From: Minisyncoccia bacterium
GTDB taxonomy: Bacteria; Patescibacteriota; Minisyncoccia; Moranbacterales; GCA-2747515
Direction of reading: 5' to 3'
Length of the DNA: 64,000 nt
Assembly: GCA_041738235.1 (NCBI GenBank)
Contig: JBGSQF010000013.1
Coordinates: 321,899-385,898 of the forward strand
Shown here: positions 35,773 to 45,395 of the stretch, piece by piece
How positions within the stretch are numbered: the stretch's first letter is position 1
Layout of the letters: the number at the start of each line of letters is the position of its first letter
Translations under genes and position numbers: made by a program
The notes under the pieces: generated by a model
What the model was told of the DNA's origin: nothing
Seen by the model: only the letters and a program-made list of their open reading frames with translations
The model's database searches: none

Positions 35773-36924
35773 TTAGTTGATACTGTGCTCCAATAACTTT
35801 TTCGCGTCCTTACAACTCTTTGTTTCCATGAGTTGTATCCTAAGTTCCTTTGCCCCAGAGAATCCTCGAACATATGACGCATAGTGCTTCTTTAAGATAT
35901 CATAGTTCTTGGTTTCTCCCCAGGTAATATCAAAAAAAACGATAAGCGCTATAAGCGCACGCAGGCGATTGTCGGAATCAGCCTTGAACATTTGACTATC
36001 GGTGTTTAACACAACTTTCTTTTCCACTCTCCCTATATCAGCTTTACTTAGCATCGACTCGAAACGTTTTTGTTCGGATGAGATACGAGGCACGAATGAG
36101 GAGCGAAGTAAGCCGTACTGTTGTACGGCGTCAAGCACCGAAGCTCGCAACAAAGCAGATCGCCGAACAGGAACGTTTCGAGTAAACACCCAAGGATTTC
36201 CGAAAATACCTCGACCGATCATGATCCCGTCACAGCCCGTTTCTTTGACGCGCCGTTCTCCCTCCTCACGATTTGTTACATCCCCATTCCCTATGATCAC
36301 TGTTCCTGTACCTCGTGCCATTTCTACAATCTTTGGCATCTCCTCCCAATGCGCCAAAACTTTGGACATTTCTTTGCGAGTTCGAAGATGTACGATAAGC
36401 GCCGCCGGTCTTTCTTTCAATAATTCCCCGATCCAAGCCTCTGTTTCGATCATATTGTATCCAATGCGCGTCTTGACCGCTACCGGAATATCCCCCGCGC
36501 CTTCCTTGAGCGCCCGAATAATAGCTCGTGCTCGAGCAGGGTCCTGTATAAGTGCCGCTCCTGCTCCCTGTTTCTCAACCTTTTTATCTGGGCATCCCAT
36601 GTTGACATCGATCCCATCAAATCCTAGTTCGCGCACGAACTGCGCGCACCACAAAAAATCCTCTGGGTCGCTTCCGAACACCTGTGCCACGATCGGTCGC
36701 TGTGTCTCGGTATAAAAAAGATCTCGAACAAGTGCTTTTCGTCCGAGATCTGAGAGGAGTCCTTTGCAGGCAACAAATTCTGTGTATAGAACATCCGGTT
36801 TACCTGTACGCGCGATAAACTCACGGAATGCCACGTCCGTCACATCTGCCATAGGCGCCAAAACAAAGAACGGTTTCGGTAAATCATTCCAAAAATTTTT
36901 CATCTTACAACCCTTATCTTTCAA
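35773..36924 (-). CDS. dus: tRNA-dihydrouridine synthase
   Basis: FVLAPMADVTDVAFR N-terminal motif, TIM-barrel FMN-binding pattern, C-terminal helical domain. Confidence 0.8.
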   Translation of the reverse strand: MKDKGCKMKNFWNDLPKPFFVLAPMADVTDVAFREFIARTGKPDVLYTEFVACKGLLSDLGRKALVRDLFYTETQRPIVAQVFGSDPEDFLWCAQFVRELGFDGIDVNMGCPDKKVEKQGAGAALIQDPARARAIIRALKEGAGDIPVAVKTRIGYNMIETEAWIGELLKERPAALIVHLRTRKEMSKVLAHWEEMPKIVEMARGTGTVIIGNGDVTNREEGERRVKETGCDGIMIGRGIFGNPWVFTRNVPVRRSALLRASVLDAVQQYGLLRSSFVPRISSEQKRFESMLSKADIGRVEKKVVLNTDSQMFKADSDNRLRALIALIVFFDITWGETKNYDILKKHYASYVRGFSGAKELRIQLMETKSCKDAKKLLEHSIN

Positions 36925-38061
36925 TTATGCTGCTTCTCGGAAGGAATCTTCCTCTAAGGAATTCTCTTCTAAGGAATCATCTTGCTGCTTCTCCAAATGA
37001 GCAATTCTCTGAAGAACAACCTCTACTGTCTCACTTTGATTAAGTGATTCCCGAAAAGAAGGACTGTTCTCAGCGAGTTTGAAAATGCTTTCCTTTTCCT
37101 CTTCCGAAATCGTTGAAAACCTTTTATCTCGAAGAGTTTTCCATCTGTCCCCATCTCCTTCTGTAAGAGACTGCGCAAGTTTGGATGCTTTACCGAGAGG
37201 CCACTCCATCTGCGATGGTGGGACTAACCGAGAAATTCGCTCGACCCAATTCGCCAATGTCTCGTTTTGATGTTCCATTGCAAAGAGATCCTTGGCAACA
37301 GGTGCTCGTTTTACGAGATCGATGGATGTCTGCACAATACGATCCTGATATTGTTTATACTCTTCATTCGAGAAAATATCTTGGTAAAACAAAGATTCCA
37401 TCTTTCCGTATTGAGAAATATCATCAAAAAAAGTGCTTGCGATGATACTATTTTGAAACCGATCCAACTCTTTCGATCTTCTCTCTTTTGTTTCAGTAAT
37501 GCCCCTCTCTGAAGTTGTCTGTTGCTCAATGTTCATTTCTCCCGTCTCTTCCGTCGCAACCGAAGGCATCTCTCCTCCTTCAACACTACCTTCTCGTTTT
37601 TTTCTCAGCACTCTACTAACCCTCGATATCCAAGCAAGCATGATCTCCCCTTCTCGAATCGACAAGTCTCTTCCCGTATACTCTCCACCAGAGGAAAGAG
37701 CCTCAAGAGACCGCTGCGTGATCGCCTGGACCCTACTTTCTAGCCCAGGATCTTGTTCCTTAGCATGCTCAAATGTGAGGTTGCTTATCTCACGCCAGAA
37801 GTCTTGATCGTTTCCGGAAACCTCGAGCATAAGGGAGAGCACCTCACCAGATTCATTCCCTTCAATGTCTATGATACGTCCCTGTTCATCCGTCTTTACC
37901 TGAGCTTTTGGATCAATAATCAGTCGCTCCCTCCCTCCGAAAAAGAAGGCACCAACGCGAGAACTTTTAACACGTTCCCACAAGCTCTTAGTTGTTTTCC
38001 CACTCAACTCTCTCCCAGCAATTTTTTTGGCGGGATCATTTGATGTCATCCTTTCGAACAT
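36925..38061 (-). CDS. hypothetical protein (378 aa)
   Basis: ORF with a 1-nt gap to dus, so probably co-transcribed. No motif recognised. Confidence 0.45.
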   Translation of the reverse strand: MFERMTSNDPAKKIAGRELSGKTTKSLWERVKSSRVGAFFFGGRERLIIDPKAQVKTDEQGRIIDIEGNESGEVLSLMLEVSGNDQDFWREISNLTFEHAKEQDPGLESRVQAITQRSLEALSSGGEYTGRDLSIREGEIMLAWISRVSRVLRKKREGSVEGGEMPSVATEETGEMNIEQQTTSERGITETKERRSKELDRFQNSIIASTFFDDISQYGKMESLFYQDIFSNEEYKQYQDRIVQTSIDLVKRAPVAKDLFAMEHQNETLANWVERISRLVPPSQMEWPLGKASKLAQSLTEGDGDRWKTLRDKRFSTISEEEKESIFKLAENSPSFRESLNQSETVEVVLQRIAHLEKQQDDSLEENSLEEDSFREAA

Positions 38062-38178
38062 AGGATTTCTCGTTTATTATTTAGTATATAACTTCCTCCT
38101 CTAGGATACACTATTTTTGAACATCTCACAATACAATTACAATTGCATGCTGAGTCAAAAGATGCTACCATTTTATAT

Positions 38179-38628
38179 ATGAAAACGATCGCCTTCAACA
38201 AACGAGCTTCTTATGATTACTTCCTCCACTCACATACCGAGGCAGGAGTGGTTTTAAGTGGACAAGAAGTACGATCTATAAAAACTGGGCATATCAGCCT
38301 CAAGGGAAGCTTTGTGACCGTAAAAGGATCGGAGCTCTACCTTACGAACGCCAATATCCCTCCCTATATTCACGCCGGGGAGATCAAGAACTATGACCCC
38401 ACTCGTCCACGAAAACTCCTTCTCAAAAAGAACGAGATCGCCTCTTTTATAGGGAAAAGCAAGGCTGAAGGCATGACCCTTATCCCCACTCGAGTATATG
38501 TCAAAAAAGGGAAAGTAAAGGTGGAGATTGCCACCGCTACAGGAAAGAAAAAGTACGACAAACGCGATACCATTGCCAAGCGAGAATCCAAGAGAAGGAT
38601 CGAACGCACCCTTCGTACCAATTCTTGA
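38179..38628 (+). CDS. smpB: SsrA-binding protein SmpB
   Basis: MKTIAFNKRASYDY...GKVKVEIATATGKKKYDKRD...RTLR, a classic SmpB. ATG at 38179 chosen. Confidence 0.85.
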   Translation: MKTIAFNKRASYDYFLHSHTEAGVVLSGQEVRSIKTGHISLKGSFVTVKGSELYLTNANIPPYIHAGEIKNYDPTRPRKLLLKKNEIASFIGKSKAEGMTLIPTRVYVKKGKVKVEIATATGKKKYDKRDTIAKRESKRRIERTLRTNS

Positions 38629-38653
38629 CAAGAAGTGTTTTTTGCCGTATTAT
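38625..38653 (+). promoter_or_regulatory. candidate ssrA promoter (TTGACA-17-TATTAT)
   Basis: -35 overlaps the smpB stop codon. About 95 nt upstream of the mature tmRNA 5' end. Confidence 0.4.
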
Positions 38654-38749
38654 TAGCCCCAGATTGGAAAAGTCGTTTTTCCTTATTTTCCTTTTTACAA
38701 AGACCTAGATCGTCGCATTCGCTATTTTTTCTCAGAAAAAGTCTCGAAT

Positions 38750-39183
38750 GGGGTTGTTTAGATTCGACAGGTTGTTATTTGACATAAGTAAGCAAGCCGG
38801 TTCACGCGCGGTAACACCGAAACCTTCTCCGCGCACTCGATAAGTGCAAACTTCATCACAAAAGCCAAAGACGCTATTGCGCGAGCATTTAGCACCTCTT
38901 TCGCTACCGCCCTGGCTTAATTGCCGAGGCCATCGAATTTCGTGACTCCTTATAACGAATGTTCGGTGTCATATGTATAAGGATAGTCCTCTTCCCCCTT
39001 CTCGAAGGAAGAAGGACGAAACCTCCGAGACCGCCTTAGATGTACTTTGTTTGTTTCTGGGCATCTTCGGTTGGTTCAGGTGAAGGGAAGTAATGCGCCT
39101 TTTATCTGTCAAACAAACTCTGCTTGAAGAAAGCTTTGTCATATCATCTCTGGACATGGGTGCAATTCCCATCAACTCCACCA
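38750..39183 (+). ncRNA. ssrA: tmRNA (ssrA), ~434 nt
   Basis: 5' GGGGTTGTTTAGATTCGACAGG matches the tmRNA consensus GGGGCUGAUUCUGGAUUCGACGGG. 3' GGACATGGGTGCAATTCCCATCAACTCCACCA matches the T-arm plus acceptor and encoded CCA. Acceptor pairs GGGGUUG/CAACUCC. In-frame tag ORF ends ...FATALA-TAA (stop 38918-38920). Lies just downstream of smpB. Confidence 0.8.
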
Positions 39184-39207
39184 ATACCGTTAACGTAAAA
39201 CATATTC

Positions 39208-39753
39208 ATGCGCAGAAGATTCAGACGTCCAAAAAAATTCAAAGTGATCGAACCAAAGTTCAAGGCCAACGAGAAGATCCTTTCTCCTCGTGTTTTTGTG
39301 ATAGACGAGAACAATGTTTCACTGGGAGATATGGATACTGCCAAGGCACTTGACCTCGCCAACGAACGTGGGTATGATCTGGTAGAGGTTTCACCAAAAG
39401 CAAATCCTCCAGTTTGTCGATTGATCGATTTTGGGAAGTTTCAATATCAACAGGCCAAGCAGGAACAACAAGCAAAGGCCAAACAGAAAAAAGTTGATAC
39501 CAAGGGGGTTCGCATCGGACTCCGAACCGACACTCACGATCTTCACTTCAAAAAAGTCCAGTCAGAGAAATTCCTCAAGAAAGGACATAAAGTAAAGATC
39601 GAGATCGTGCTCCGTGGTCGAGAAAAAGCCCATCAGGTTCTCGCCAAACAATCCTTGAAAGAATTCCTCTTATCCATTGAGGTTCCCCACACTGTCGAGG
39701 ATGAGATAAAAAGTTTCCCAGGGGGTTTTAATACACTTATCGCTCCGGAATAA
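39208..39753 (+). CDS. infC: translation initiation factor IF-3
   Basis: VRLIDENNVSLG...GYDLVEVSPKANPPVCRLIDFGKFQYQ plus a C-domain. Followed by rpmI and rplT. Confidence 0.85.
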   Translation: MRRRFRRPKKFKVIEPKFKANEKILSPRVFVIDENNVSLGDMDTAKALDLANERGYDLVEVSPKANPPVCRLIDFGKFQYQQAKQEQQAKAKQKKVDTKGVRIGLRTDTHDLHFKKVQSEKFLKKGHKVKIEIVLRGREKAHQVLAKQSLKEFLLSIEVPHTVEDEIKSFPGGFNTLIAPE

Positions 39754-39757
39754 ATAT

Positions 39758-39958
39758 ATGAAACAGAAGACCAAGAAATGTGTCGCAAAGAAGATCAGGG
39801 TAAGCGCTAAGAAGAAGATCCTTCGACGCCACAGCGGACAAAACCATTTTAACGCGAAAGAGTCAGGAAAGACCCGGAGAAACAAGCGCAAATCCCAAGG
39901 ACTGAATGCCACGGATTCACAAAACGTTCTACGAGCCGTTCCCTACATTCAATCGTAA
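39758..39958 (+). CDS. rpmI: 50S ribosomal protein L35
   Basis: 66-aa basic protein, MKQKTKK...RRHSGQNHF. In the infC-rpmI-rplT context. Confidence 0.8.
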   Translation: MKQKTKKCVAKKIRVSAKKKILRRHSGQNHFNAKESGKTRRNKRKSQGLNATDSQNVLRAVPYIQS

Positions 39959-40016
39959 CACGACTTTGATTCCAGAACAGTTATTTTGATCAATATTCAG
40001 CTAATAGAACACTATT

Positions 40017-40364
40017 ATGAGTCGAGTAAAACGAGGAGTAGCCGCTTCCAAACGGCGCAAGAACATCATTAAACAAGCAAAGGGATTCAAATGGAAAAGA
40101 AAATCCCATTATACCGCAGCCAAAGAGGCGGTGATCAAGGCAGGAAAGTATGCCTATCGAGATCGACGAACTAAAAAACGAGTGAATCGTCGCCTCTGGA
40201 TCACCCGACTCAACAATGCGGTACGTGAATTAGGGCTCACCTATCGAGAACTCATTCACCTCCAACAGGTAAAGAATAATACCCTGGACCGAAAAGTGCT
40301 TTCCGAAATGGCTGTAAAAGATCCGAAAATGTTTGCTCGCGTCATAGAGGAACTTAAGAAATAG
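40017..40364 (+). CDS. rplT: 50S ribosomal protein L20
   Basis: MSRVKRGVAASKRRKNIIKQAKGF...AGKYAYRDRRTKKR..RRLWITRLNNA, near-consensus L20. Confidence 0.9.
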   Translation: MSRVKRGVAASKRRKNIIKQAKGFKWKRKSHYTAAKEAVIKAGKYAYRDRRTKKRVNRRLWITRLNNAVRELGLTYRELIHLQQVKNNTLDRKVLSEMAVKDPKMFARVIEELKK

Positions 40365-40428
40365 CCCTTGATAATACTCAAAGAAAAGCACCTCTCTCGG
40401 GAGGTGTTTTTCAATCAAAATACCACTT

Positions 40429-41388
40429 ATGTCATTACCACATAAAGCCCTTGCCCTTGTTGGCCCCACTGCCTCGGGAAAATCAGACATTGCCATTGCA
40501 CTTGCCAAGAAGTATCATGGCGAGATCATTTCCTGTGACTCACGGCAAGTGTACCGAGGAATGAACAAAGGGACTGGAAAAGTCATAAGAGACCAGATCA
40601 TTCTCTCCGACGAACGTGTCTTCTTATCTGAAGGCATACGACACTGGATGATCGATATTGTAGAACCTAGTACGATCTATAACGTTGTAAAATTTCAGAA
40701 AAAGACGAACCGTATCATTGCAGATATCTTCAAACGAGGAAAAATTCCTATTCTGTGTGGTGGTACCGGACTCTGGGCGCAAGCCGTTGTAGAAAACATG
40801 ACATTCCCCACAGCACTCCCAGATACAAGTATACGAAAGAAATTGATCGATACCACAACCGATGAATTACTGACTCAACTCACATCACTCGATCCTGATC
40901 GAGCAAAAGTTATTGATCCCAAAAATAGACATCGCCTCATCCGAGCAATAGAGATAGCAGTTCAAACAACAGAATACAAAGAACAGATACCACATAGATC
41001 AAAAAGAAATTTTATCTACACACCCATTGATTGGATCGTTATCGCAATAAATCCAAAGAGAGAAGTCCTTTTTGAAAAAATAGAGGAACGACTCAAAAAG
41101 CGACTCGAAGAGAGTATGATCGACGAGGTAGAAATACTCCACCAAGAGAAGAAAATATCGTGGACACGTCTTGATTCGTTTGGTCTTGAATATCGATGGA
41201 TCACACGCTACCTTCGGGGTTTTATTTCTTACCAAGAAATGCACGATAAACTCCTTTTCGACATTCGCCATTATGCTAAACGCCAACTCACCTGGCTAAG
41301 GCGCTGGGAAAAAATGGGACGAAAGATCCATTGGATCACCTCTCAAAAAGAAGCTCTCACAGTTTCTCAAACTTTCCTTAAAAAGTAG
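40429..41388 (+). CDS. miaA: tRNA dimethylallyltransferase
   Basis: P-loop LVGPTASGKSDIAIALAKKYHGEIISCDSRQVYRGMNKGTGK, typical MiaA N-terminus. Confidence 0.85.
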   Translation: MSLPHKALALVGPTASGKSDIAIALAKKYHGEIISCDSRQVYRGMNKGTGKVIRDQIILSDERVFLSEGIRHWMIDIVEPSTIYNVVKFQKKTNRIIADIFKRGKIPILCGGTGLWAQAVVENMTFPTALPDTSIRKKLIDTTTDELLTQLTSLDPDRAKVIDPKNRHRLIRAIEIAVQTTEYKEQIPHRSKRNFIYTPIDWIVIAINPKREVLFEKIEERLKKRLEESMIDEVEILHQEKKISWTRLDSFGLEYRWITRYLRGFISYQEMHDKLLFDIRHYAKRQLTWLRRWEKMGRKIHWITSQKEALTVSQTFLKK

Positions 41389-41660
41389 GGAGGCCGGCTG
41401 CGCGTTGCGCACACCGGCCCCAGACACTCAGGAAATCCCACACTGCTTCAGAACCTCCTGAGGGGACATCCCTTCTGGGAGTCCATTCGGATATTGAAGA
41501 TGGGGATAACAGTACGACCTGCTACATGCTCCCACATACCCGCACCGAAATTGACCATTCCGGTCCGTACCAGAGACAAACGGGATCTCCGGATGGAGGC
41601 ACGTTTCATACCCTGCGGGACACTGTATCGCTCGCGCATTCATGTTTCCACCTCACCACT
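41389..41660. ncRNA. GC-rich (~58%) structured intergenic region: candidate ncRNA (SRP-RNA-like motif)
   Basis: Nested hairpin GGCCGG-CTGCGCGTTGCGCACA-CCGGCC at the 5' end. Internal UACCAG...CUCC-GGAU-GGAG-GCAC resembles SRP RNA domain IV (UACCAGG...UCC-GGAA-GGA-AGCAG). No RNase P signatures. Confidence 0.3.
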
Positions 41661-41665
41661 AAGGA

Positions 41666-41692
41666 GCTAATGAAAACCACTCACTGAGTGGC
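41666..41692 (-). terminator. probable terminator of pyrB
   Basis: Hairpin CCACTC-ACT-GAGTGG overlapping the pyrB stop, followed on the minus strand by TTTTCATT. Confidence 0.35.
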
Positions 41693-42643
41693 TGTTGATA
41701 ATACCCTTTTCCTCCGACCTTTGTCGGAAATTTCCAAAATCATTTTGAGAAGCACCATCCGGACATAAAGCCCATTCTCTACTTGTCGAAAATACCCCGC
41801 TCGAAGATCACTATCCACTTCCGGATCGATCTCACCCACACGAGGCAGTGGATGCAAAACAACCGATCGTTTCTTCATTTTTCTCATCCAGCTTCTGTCC
41901 AGAACGTACTTCCCAGCGACTTTCTCGTAAACATCCGCTCTGTCCCCAAAACGTTCCTTCTGGATACGCGTCTGATATACTACATCCACCTTGGAAAGCA
42001 CACCTAACACATCTTCTCGTTCCTCAAAGTCAACTTGTTTTTTCCGAAGATACGTAAGAATATCTTTTCGCATCGCCACTTCCTTCGGTGCCACAAAGTA
42101 GATCTTCTTTACCTTGAATTTCGTTAAAAGATATGTCAGTGAATGCACCGTACGTCCATACAATAGATCCCCCACAAAGACAATGGAAATGCCGTCAATT
42201 TTTCCTATCTCTCGTTGTATCGTAAAAAGATCAAGAAGTGCTTGTGTAGGATGCTGCCCCGCTCCGTCCCCTGCATTGATAATAGGAACTGAACTTGCTT
42301 GGGCCGCTCGATCCGCCGCTCCTGTGTCAAAATGTCGAAGTACAATAGCATCCGCATATTTCCCTACAACACGCATTGTGTCTTCCAACGTTTCTCCCTT
42401 GGCTGCCGAAGAGAATTCTCGAGCATTTTCCGTCGTGATCACCGATGCCCCCAACTGAAGCGCTGCGGATTCGAACGAAAGACGCGTACGTGTGGAAGGT
42501 TCGTAAAAAAGCGTGGCAACGATCTTTCCTCGGAGCGTTTCTCCGTACTCGCTCCGATCCATAGACTGCAGATCTTCTGCTTCCAAAAATATCCTCTCCA
42601 TTGTCCCCCTATCAAATTGTTGTGCCCGTATAACATGCTTCAT
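41681..42643 (-). CDS. pyrB: aspartate carbamoyltransferase catalytic subunit
   Basis: STRTR carbamoyl-phosphate motif (YEPSTRTRLSFE), HPTQ and HPLPR motifs. ATG at 42643 (MKHVIRAQQF) chosen. Confidence 0.8.
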   Translation of the reverse strand: MKHVIRAQQFDRGTMERIFLEAEDLQSMDRSEYGETLRGKIVATLFYEPSTRTRLSFESAALQLGASVITTENAREFSSAAKGETLEDTMRVVGKYADAIVLRHFDTGAADRAAQASSVPIINAGDGAGQHPTQALLDLFTIQREIGKIDGISIVFVGDLLYGRTVHSLTYLLTKFKVKKIYFVAPKEVAMRKDILTYLRKKQVDFEEREDVLGVLSKVDVVYQTRIQKERFGDRADVYEKVAGKYVLDRSWMRKMKKRSVVLHPLPRVGEIDPEVDSDLRAGYFRQVENGLYVRMVLLKMILEISDKGRRKRVLSTATQ

Positions 42644-42803
42644 ATATTTGAAAGTATTTTTGGACCAGAAAAAAACCGCCACAGGGGCGGTCTTATAAGA
42701 TCGTTTCAAATTTATTTTTGGTTGTTGCGGTAATTTCTTTCATATTTTCCCTTATTGTACTCTCCTACTTTTAGATGTCAAACAGGAGTTATCCACACTC
42801 GAT

Positions 42804-44270
42804 CTATATAATGTTCTTCTTCAGGATCTCCATCACCACTCCCGGATTCGCCTTGCCTTGAGTTTCTTTCATTACCTGACCCATCAAATATTGAAGGGCA
42901 TTCTGTTTTCCTGCACGATAGTCTGCAACAGATTTCTTATTTGCCTCTAATACCTTTTCTACCACCTCTTCCAGCTCGCCAGCATCGTTCGTTTGGGCGA
43001 GATTCTTTTCCGCAATAATATGATCCGGATCATCCCCCGTTTCATACATAGCAGCTAATACCGTTTGTGCTGCACTTGAGTTTATGCGCTCATCCACGAC
43101 CAACGCAATAAGTTCCGCAAAGTTCTCTGGCGTTATTTTTACATCCTGAATATTCTCTCCCTTCTCAATAAGATGCTTTCGTAGTTCAGTGATACTATAA
43201 TTTACCGCTAGTTTCCTTGCCCTTTCAATAACATCCCTGATCTCTTGAGATTGCTTCTTTTCATCAAGCTCGCTCATAACCCGCTCAAAGTACTCTGCAA
43301 ATCCCTTGTCTGACACTAAGATCTCTGCGTCCTTGTCCTCAATGCCATACTGCAAAATAAATCTTCCTCGCTTTACATCAGGCATCTCGGGTAGTAACAT
43401 GCGCAATCTTTCCACATACTCCGGCGTAAACTCCATCGGGGGAATATCTGGTTCAGGAAAATACCGATAATCGTGTGCCGACTCCTTCTTTCTCTGAGAG
43501 AATGTGATCGATCGATTATCATCCCAACCCCGCGTTTCTTGTACCACCTGTTCACTTGAGTCCAACACCTCTGTTTGTCTTTTGATCTCATAAACTATGG
43601 CGCGCTCCACTGATCGAAAGGAGTTCAAATTCTTCACCTCGACTTTCGTTCCACTCAAACGATCCTGTCCCTTCTTATGAAGAGAAATATTTGCCTCACA
43701 ACGCATCTGCCCCTTTTCCATATCAGCATCACTTACCGAAAGATACCGCAAGATCTGCTGAAGTTTCTGACAAAACTTCCGTGCCTGTTCACCACTTTCA
43801 ATATCTGGTTCTGTTACCAATTCCATAAGCGGAACACTCGAACGATTGAGATCCACCAGTGTTCCTCCGTTTACTTTATCATGCTGTGATTTCCCCGTGT
43901 CCTCCTCCATATGCACACGCGTGATACCTACACGTTTCCCATCGATCTCTAAAGATCCCTCCTCCACGAGAGGTTCATCATATTGAGAGATCTGATACCC
44001 CTTGGGAAGATCAGGATAAAAGTAGTTCTTTCGATCAAATTTTGACTTGAGATTCACTCGACATCCTAAAGCAAGTCCCACCTTTTGCACAAACTCGATG
44101 GCTTGTCGATTTGGAACGGGAATTGCCCCCGGTTGACCCGTACATACCGGACAAATATGAATATTCGGTTCCTTCTCAAGTCCCAAGCCATTTTTACAAC
44201 GACAAAACATCTTAGACTTGGTCTTTAATTCACAATGGACCTCCATGCCAATGACGGGAATGTATTTCAT
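42804..44270 (-). CDS. gatB: Asp-tRNA(Asn)/Glu-tRNA(Gln) amidotransferase subunit B
   Basis: MKYIPVIGMEVHCELKTKSKMFC..C...C zinc cluster. Full-length GatB/GatE architecture with a YqeY-like C-terminus. Confidence 0.9.
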   Translation of the reverse strand: MKYIPVIGMEVHCELKTKSKMFCRCKNGLGLEKEPNIHICPVCTGQPGAIPVPNRQAIEFVQKVGLALGCRVNLKSKFDRKNYFYPDLPKGYQISQYDEPLVEEGSLEIDGKRVGITRVHMEEDTGKSQHDKVNGGTLVDLNRSSVPLMELVTEPDIESGEQARKFCQKLQQILRYLSVSDADMEKGQMRCEANISLHKKGQDRLSGTKVEVKNLNSFRSVERAIVYEIKRQTEVLDSSEQVVQETRGWDDNRSITFSQRKKESAHDYRYFPEPDIPPMEFTPEYVERLRMLLPEMPDVKRGRFILQYGIEDKDAEILVSDKGFAEYFERVMSELDEKKQSQEIRDVIERARKLAVNYSITELRKHLIEKGENIQDVKITPENFAELIALVVDERINSSAAQTVLAAMYETGDDPDHIIAEKNLAQTNDAGELEEVVEKVLEANKKSVADYRAGKQNALQYLMGQVMKETQGKANPGVVMEILKKNII

Positions 44271-44309
44271 ATATTTTTAGACATGCCGTATATAAACCCT
44301 CAAAATAGT

Positions 44310-44855
44310 TCAGACTATCCCCCGAATCACCTCATCCACCTTTGTCTGCAATTCGTCTCTGCCTCGTTCATTTATCACTACAAAATCTGCCATAGCAATA
44401 GGGCCCCCTTGGCTCAAATTGACGATCTGCGCATAATCACGCGACCGAGCCTCTTCCAGCGTAAGAGGTCGATCCGGACGATGCAAAAGACGCGCGTACC
44501 GAGTCTTTGGGGAACTGTGGACAGCAATAGTGGTCATGCTCTCACCAAAACGGTCTTTGAGTACCAAAAACTCTTCCCAGCTATAAAGACTCTCCACCAA
44601 CACCACATCTTCCCCGGAGAGCATTTCTAATTTCTCAATTACCTTGCGGGCATAATAATCCTGTCCATGAAGGGCACGGAGGTCTTCTCTCACCAGTCGC
44701 TCATTGGCTTGTATTGGTTCAAGTCCACGAAGCTTCATTTCATCAAAGGTTACCTCCCCAAAATACACCTTTTTCCATTGGTGTTTTTGCATTAAATACT
44801 CTATAACTTCCGTTTTTCCAGATCCCGGCATCCCAAGAAGTGCAATCACTTTCAT
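44310..44855 (-). CDS. P-loop nucleotide kinase (dephospho-CoA/cytidylate kinase-like; possible (d)NMP kinase)
   Basis: Walker A LLGMPGSGKTE at the N-terminus, ~180 aa, kinase-sized. Substrate unknown. Confidence 0.5.
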   Translation of the reverse strand: MKVIALLGMPGSGKTEVIEYLMQKHQWKKVYFGEVTFDEMKLRGLEPIQANERLVREDLRALHGQDYYARKVIEKLEMLSGEDVVLVESLYSWEEFLVLKDRFGESMTTIAVHSSPKTRYARLLHRPDRPLTLEEARSRDYAQIVNLSQGGPIAMADFVVINERGRDELQTKVDEVIRGIV

Positions 44856-44899
44856 AGCGTCATATAAATTTTTACAGATTCGTTATCCCTGGTTGGTCA

Positions 44900-45385
44900 T
44901 TACCGCTCCAGTACCACAAACCGATACTGAAAATTCTCATCTTGACTCGGTCGGTCACTTATAGTTTTCCCGAAACTTCCCTCATATTCAGGAAAAAAAA
45001 CATCGGCATCAGGAAAACTGGCATCGATCAACGTCAAATATAATCTATCAGATTTTGGAAGAAAAAGCGAGTACACCATCGCCCCACCAATGACAAAAGC
45101 CTCCCCATCCTTCTCATACTGCTCAGCCAATAGAAGGGCCTCCTTCAGGCTGTACGCCACGATCACTCCCTCGAAAGCAAAATTTTTATCTTGGGTAAGA
45201 ACAATATTTACCCTTTTTGGAAGCGGTCGACCAATCGATTCAAACGTCCTTTGTCCCATGATCACTACATGCCCACGCGTAGTATCACGAAAATATTGCA
45301 TATCTTCAGGAATGTTCCACAGTAGAGCATTATTTTTCCCTAATTCTCGATTTTTTCCAACAGCCGCGACCATAGAAAGGATCAT
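44900..45385 (-). CDS. folA: dihydrofolate reductase
   Basis: MILSMVAAVGKNRELGKNNALLW...VIMGQRTFESIGRPLPKR.NIVLT. ATG at 45385 gives a ~161-aa DHFR. Confidence 0.8.
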   Translation of the reverse strand: MILSMVAAVGKNRELGKNNALLWNIPEDMQYFRDTTRGHVVIMGQRTFESIGRPLPKRVNIVLTQDKNFAFEGVIVAYSLKEALLLAEQYEKDGEAFVIGGAMVYSLFLPKSDRLYLTLIDASFPDADVFFPEYEGSFGKTISDRPSQDENFQYRFVVLER

Positions 45386-45395
45386 AAATAGACAG

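Noticed and set aside
41389-41660. RNase P RNA (rnpB) as the identity of the GC-rich intergenic block
   Set aside because: Neither strand contains the universally conserved GGAAAGUCCGG (P4 5' strand) or ACAGAA(A/C)CCGGCUUA (P4 3' strand) segments. Only vague matches to the GGUGCGG region.
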